A stretch of DNA of 64,000 bases from Bdellovibrionota bacterium. GTDB taxonomy: Bacteria; Bdellovibrionota_C; UBA2361; JBGSMV01. Made by a program: the position numbers and the translations under genes. Below the pieces are notes generated by a model, which had not been told where the DNA came from, searched no databases, and worked only from the letters and a program-made list of their open reading frames with translations. Numbering within the stretch: the first letter of the stretch is position 1; the number at the start of each line of letters is the position of its first letter. The stretch lies in assembly GCA_044356455.1 (NCBI GenBank), contig JBIKWF010000006.1, positions 4,477-68,476 on the forward strand, written 5' to 3'. Shown here one piece after another: positions 59,573 to 64,000 of this stretch.

Positions 59573-60844
59573 TTGGACTCGAAGAATGGTACCGTTTTTG
59601 CCCCCTCTCGCACTGAGGGCCTCTCACGTCTTGAGCGCTTTTCAATCTCGATGGGAGAGGCGTATGCCCGAAATCGGAATTTCGACCTGGGCCCCGATGA
59701 TCGCTCAAACGTTTCTCTCCTTTCCCCGTATGTCCGTAGTCGACTCGTGCTTGAAGAGGAGCTCATTGAAAGAGCACTGCACAAAAGGTCCCTGCAAGAA
59801 GTGGAAAAGTTTGTCCAAGAGGTATTTTGGCGTGCCTATTGGAAGGGCTGGCTCGAACTGAGGCCTCACGTTTGGGATGAGTATCAGAAGAACCTCAAAA
59901 TTCATCTGGGCGACGCAATGATTCTTGAGCGGTACCACGCAGCCTGCTCGGGGAATACCCCTTACGAGTGTTTTAATTCCTGGGGCCAAGAGCTGAATGA
60001 AACCGGATATCTCCACAATCATGCTCGCATGTGGTTTGCCAGCATTTGGATATTTTATCTTGGTCTTCCCTGGGAACTAGGCGCAGATTACTTCTACCAG
60101 CGCCTACTTGATGGAGATGCGGCAAGCAACACGCTCAGCTGGCGCTGGGTTGCGGGACTCCAGACGGTGGGTAAGCAGTATGTCGCAGATAGCGCGAATA
60201 TTGAAAAGTATACGGTAAATCGCTTTAGTGTAAAAGGTTTGAACGCAAGCGAAATTCAGCCACTGAAAGCGGTCCCGCCGTCATCTCACAGTCCTGCTGC
60301 ATACGAATATCTTACCGGTGAGGCAGATGATGCAAAGCGACCAAGCATACTCCTTCTCACCGATGAGGATTTACTAATTGAAAAATCTCTCTTCTCTACG
60401 TGGAATATCCAAAGAGTAATAGGACTAAGTCCCCAGCTCATACAAAATGAGCAGCAGCTCTCAGACCTCGTGCTCAATTTTCGAAGCGAAGCCTTGAAGG
60501 ATGGAATGGCGAGGGCCAAAGCTCACTTTGGAGTTGAGGCAACTACAGTACTCTCAGCGAGTGAACTCTCTGAACTGCTCCGCGCGGCAGCTAAAGAGAG
60601 AGCAGTGCTCGCACTCATGCGCCCTCGAGTTGGTTATTGGAAGGATTTCCTTGGAGCGGCCGGAATTGGAAAGCAGTCAGCAACCTTTCCTATCGTCACC
60701 ATGCGAGAACGGGCATGGGATAGTCTGCTATACCCGCGAGCGGTCCATGGATTCTTTAAGTTTAAAGATCTTATCCCTCTCGCAATACGCGACTTAGGAA
60801 AAACACCCGACCTACAAGAAACTAGTAGAGGTGCAGCTTCGTAA
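59573..60844 (+). CDS. Photolyase/cryptochrome FAD-binding-domain protein lacking the N-terminal alpha/beta domain, with about 170-aa C-terminal extension
   Basis: SLLSPYVRSRLV..., TGYLHNHARMWFASIW, LLDGDAASNTLSWRWVAGL match photolyase C-terminal (FAD) domain motifs. The protein starts directly in that domain. Confidence 0.55.
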   Translation: MDSKNGTVFAPSRTEGLSRLERFSISMGEAYARNRNFDLGPDDRSNVSLLSPYVRSRLVLEEELIERALHKRSLQEVEKFVQEVFWRAYWKGWLELRPHVWDEYQKNLKIHLGDAMILERYHAACSGNTPYECFNSWGQELNETGYLHNHARMWFASIWIFYLGLPWELGADYFYQRLLDGDAASNTLSWRWVAGLQTVGKQYVADSANIEKYTVNRFSVKGLNASEIQPLKAVPPSSHSPAAYEYLTGEADDAKRPSILLLTDEDLLIEKSLFSTWNIQRVIGLSPQLIQNEQQLSDLVLNFRSEALKDGMARAKAHFGVEATTVLSASELSELLRAAAKERAVLALMRPRVGYWKDFLGAAGIGKQSATFPIVTMRERAWDSLLYPRAVHGFFKFKDLIPLAIRDLGKTPDLQETSRGAAS

Positions 60845-61139
60845 CATTGCGCTCAATTCTTGGAGCAAAAAGGCCGAAGATATCCTTGGTAACGGAGTAC
60901 CCTCGCCTGCGCACTCATGCGACTGCGAGAATTACAAGGAGTGGTGTATGGCTGGAGACGATCTTAGTATTTCAGGAATCTCCTCGCGTAAGCTCGAAGC
61001 CACTGCGGAGAAATTTCAAGTGGCGGTGCTGAAGAAAGCCGTTGATTCTCAGGGCGAAGTTGCCAAACAACTCATAGAAGCATCTACCGCATCCGCGCTC
61101 CCTGATGGAGTTGGTCGAAGACTCAATACCGTGGCGTAA
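60831..61139 (+). CDS. Hypothetical small protein
   Basis: ORF only. 14-bp overlap with the upstream gene. Confidence 0.25.
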   Translation: MQLRNIALNSWSKKAEDILGNGVPSPAHSCDCENYKEWCMAGDDLSISGISSRKLEATAEKFQVAVLKKAVDSQGEVAKQLIEASTASALPDGVGRRLNTVA

Positions 61140-61165
61140 GAGATCTCGAGCATTCTATAGCTAAG

Positions 61166-61203
61166 CACCGCACGGCACCCTGAGGACAGGGCGCCCTACC
61201 TGA
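61166..61203. repeat. GC-rich palindrome family-2 copy (near-identical 25-mer to 19722-19751)
   Basis: caccctgaggacagggcgccctacctg. Confidence 0.5.
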
Positions 61204-61470
61204 GAACGCTGCGCGAATGAGGAATCGCTCACTCTACACCTACTTTTATTGCTCGCTGTTCCATTACACCATTGCATCACGAAGTGCTAAGAGTTTTCCG
61301 GGGCGTCTCCTTCTCCCCCCCCAAAAAATGGTTCCGGCCCGTATCTCTTCGTCAAAATCTGCGGCACACAGTTTGCATAAGTAAATCAAAGATTGGTTCC
61401 CACCCTTTCATAACACCCCCTAATTACCTGGCGCTATTTTTGCTCCACCTTTTATTGCCGTGCGCAGCAA

Positions 61471-62577
61471 ATGCGCGCGGCATTGGGAATGTTATTTGGT
61501 GGGGAACATATGAGGTTGTATTTTGGGTTGCTTTTACCTGGGTGCCTTGCCGCTGCGCTAAGTTCTGGAATAGCCGGTGGGGTCGCCAACGCTCAATTAA
61601 ATCAAGCGATCACGGGGCCAACGTGTCAAGAAGTAGGTAGGTTTCGGCCTATCGACATGAACGAATCAGGCCAAGTGCTTGGTACCGATGAGATTGCAGA
61701 AATAGTAGTAACCAAAGGGAGAACGACGCGATTCTCCCTGCCACGTTCCTCTGGTGTGAACATCCCGATGTTCCTCGATACTCAAGGACGTATTGTATAT
61801 AGCCAGCTCCCGGGCGCCGACGCTGACCTCGAATATATGACGCTAGTAACTGACCCTGCACGGCGCTCAGTGCAGCGGCGAATTCAAATGCATGTCTTAG
61901 GCTACCCGAGCCTCTCAGGCGATGTGGTGGGATTTCGGCCACCTTCTGCTGACCCCAGCGCTGGAAATACTCCGCTTCTAGGTTCACTTCTTACGGGTGC
62001 CACTCTGGAAATGCAGGAAGCTGGCCTTCCGGCTGAATCCTGGGCTGCTGCAATTAGCGCTGGAGGCCTCATTCTGGCCTACTCTCCGGCCCATGGCGGA
62101 CGCCCCTCCGGATACATAACCTTCAATCGTCGTACCCTACAGACTCAAAGTTTGGCGATCCCAGGCCATTGCGTGCCGCGGGGTGTGAATGACTTTGGCG
62201 ATGTTGTTGGTGAGTGCAATGATGGCGCGACCAGCTTCCCCTTTGCTTCGATTCATGGACGAGTAACCAACCTTCGTGATGTCTTTGGATCGGGGCTCGG
62301 AAGTACGCAGATAAACAATCAGAGGATGGTGCTTAATTCGAGTCGGTCCAGCAGTGGGAACTTTTACCGTTCAGCACTCTGGAACGCTGACTTAGGCATG
62401 GTAATCGACCTAAACCGTGAAATTCCCTGTTTGGGAAATCTGACCCAATCGGTTCGCGCAGTGCGAATAACTGAGAAGGGAGATATTTTAGTTGAGGCCA
62501 GGGGAGTTCCCAACGAACTACCCCGTGCCGTTATTATCCGAAACGCTGGTAGCGTATTGACTGCAAGGCTCGAGTAA
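61471..62577 (+). CDS. Secreted hypothetical protein (start possibly ATG 61510)
   Basis: Signal MRLYFGLLLPGCLAAALSSGIAGGVANA. 368-aa ORF. Confidence 0.5.
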   Translation: MRAALGMLFGGEHMRLYFGLLLPGCLAAALSSGIAGGVANAQLNQAITGPTCQEVGRFRPIDMNESGQVLGTDEIAEIVVTKGRTTRFSLPRSSGVNIPMFLDTQGRIVYSQLPGADADLEYMTLVTDPARRSVQRRIQMHVLGYPSLSGDVVGFRPPSADPSAGNTPLLGSLLTGATLEMQEAGLPAESWAAAISAGGLILAYSPAHGGRPSGYITFNRRTLQTQSLAIPGHCVPRGVNDFGDVVGECNDGATSFPFASIHGRVTNLRDVFGSGLGSTQINNQRMVLNSSRSSSGNFYRSALWNADLGMVIDLNREIPCLGNLTQSVRAVRITEKGDILVEARGVPNELPRAVIIRNAGSVLTARLE

Positions 62578-62662
62578 AATCAACTACGAATTACGAGGGG
62601 TGCGCCGAGGTACTACCAAGGCGCACCTCTCACTCCCGATGGCGGAGACGTTGAATCGCTCC

Positions 62663-64000
62663 CTACCAGAACTCTCGCAACATCCCATCTTTTGTCACGA
62701 CGGTGAGCAACGAACCTTCCTCTGAGAACCACGCACTCACAAGAGGACTCGGGAAATCTATCGAAGCGACTACTGCGGTACGGGCAAATCTATCCTTCGC
62801 CCGCAGTGAGAGAAGTTCTAAACGATGGGTATTCACGGCCGAGGTCGCACACAAGACCGTATCAGAATCTGGAGAGAAAATGGCTCGCGGGCTATTGTGC
62901 GGCAGCAACTCAGAGCTTAACGAATACTGAAGGCTATTGTCTCCCGGTTTCTCTGCGAGGCTGAAGTGGTACACGCTTCTGTTGATTGCCAACAAATCAC
63001 CTTGGGAATTAAAACCAGCAAGGCCTCGGCCATGATGCAGCAGACCGAGATTGTACGTTCGCCATAATTCACTAAGCTCAGGCCTTGCGACTCCATTCGC
63101 CATAGAAAAGAGCTGAGCACAGACGACATATCCTTCAATGTTTGAGAGCAAGGCATGAGTACCATTTGGGTGGCGAACGGCGCGAGAAAGGCGCGACGAC
63201 CGCCGCAGCCGTGCCACAGAGTCAGGCTCGGCGCCTTCTTTGGAGTCCTTCAGTTCTGCAAGGTTGAAATATTCGACTCGGCCTGAATCAAGCACCACCG
63301 CAAGCCATTTTCCATCGGCAGAGAAAAGAGAGGAAGCTACCGCATCCTTAACCACCCCAGTCCCGCCATATGCCCGGTCGAGAGCCGACCTTTGCGTATA
63401 ATTGGCGTAATTTTTAGCAAAGGCGACACTTCCATCGTTCGTCTTCAGCACCAGGACATCTTCGTGGCCGAAAATAACAACCTGCGAGTCGTCCGGCGAA
63501 AACTCTGAGCCTGCTGACCGAGGCAGCGTGAAAGGAAGAAGCTGGTCATCCCAATATCCAAATTCTGTCCGCTTACAAAGCTTTACTGCACCACTGTCCG
63601 CGCTTATGAGCAGCAGCTTTTCGTTATGAGAGAGAAGAGCTGAGGAAGGCTGCAGTTGCAGGTCTATTTTCAAATCTGCATCTTGCAGGTGCAGCCGGCC
63701 TGTCGGACGAAAGCCGGCGCTAGAAGGGGCATTGCCTCCAAAGAGGGTATCCATGGTCTGAGCATCCACGAGCGACATCTCAAGACCCTTCGCTCTTCCG
63801 CCAATGATGAGTTCTTCGACATAGGTCGCCTCAGGTCTTACATCTGAAGTGGAGTTCGACGTATGGTGCGAAAAGAAGATAGTGGAAGTGCTTCCAAACA
63901 AAACAGTCCCGGGCTCAGTTCCTGGATATGCGCTCAGGCAAAGTTCTGGCTCACAGGTTCCGTCTTTCACCGTCAGCACTGAGAGATTTAGATTTTTTGT
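62663..64000 (-). CDS. Beta-propeller-like hypothetical protein; the 5' end probably lies beyond the window
   Basis: The frame stays open upstream of the track start (GTG 63979) to position 64000. The sequence is beta-rich and repetitive. Confidence 0.45.
   Translation of the reverse strand, partial: TKNLNLSVLTVKDGTCEPELCLSAYPGTEPGTVLFGSTSTIFFSHHTSNSTSDVRPEATYVEELIIGGRAKGLEMSLVDAQTMDTLFGGNAPSSAGFRPTGRLHLQDADLKIDLQLQPSSALLSHNEKLLLISADSGAVKLCKRTEFGYWDDQLLPFTLPRSAGSEFSPDDSQVVIFGHEDVLVLKTNDGSVAFAKNYANYTQRSALDRAYGGTGVVKDAVASSLFSADGKWLAVVLDSGRVEYFNLAELKDSKEGAEPDSVARLRRSSRLSRAVRHPNGTHALLSNIEGYVVCAQLFSMANGVARPELSELWRTYNLGLLHHGRGLAGFNSQGDLLAINRSVYHFSLAEKPGDNSLQYSLSSELLPHNSPRAIFSPDSDTVLCATSAVNTHRLELLSLRAKDRFARTAVVASIDFPSPLVSAWFSEEGSLLTVVTKDGMLREFW

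Overview
This is a 64-kb chromosomal window from a moderately high-GC (about 55-58% by eye) diderm bacterium. The lineage is not assignable from sequence alone.

The left edge begins inside a type III secretion (T3SS) inner-ring lipoprotein gene, sctJ (minus strand, reading out of the window). It is followed by three FHA-domain proteins and a single-domain response regulator.

The middle of the window carries housekeeping genes: RNase E/G, mreB, ComEC, ahcY, an ABC-2 exporter, apaG, tRNA-Thr(CGT), fabH, a DEAD-box helicase and a TAT-exported MsrB.

From about 26.7 kb, a truncated VIT-family gene fragment is followed by a roughly 14-kb block of unusual genes that ends at ccoH. The block includes a large secreted protein with a PT linker, a four-gene operon of unknowns, a DUF1232-J-domain fusion, an EF-hand calpain-like protease and a divergent RNB-like protein.

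A complete cbb3 oxidase locus follows: ccoH, ccoG, ccoP, an unlisted ccoQ, fused ccoNO and a DsbD_2-like membrane protein on the minus strand, then ccoI and ccoS on the plus strand. After it come a TAT-signal Fe/Mn SOD, ctaA, a dockerin-repeat protein, a GNAT, a LivK-like binding protein and a photolyase FAD-domain protein lacking the N-terminal domain.

The most conspicuous non-genic signal is a family of at least eight 130-160-bp nested-palindrome, MITE-like elements (CTAGGGAACCTCTGAAAAAC ... GTTTTTCAGAGGTTCCCTAG). They sit exactly at gene ends and produce false N-terminal ORF extensions. A second, short GC-rich palindrome family is also present. Two 120-bp tandem repeats abut the 3' end of tRNA-Thr. 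A 1.4-kb gene-free convergent intergenic region is rich in hairpins.

No CRISPR array, restriction-modification system or reverse transcriptase was seen.
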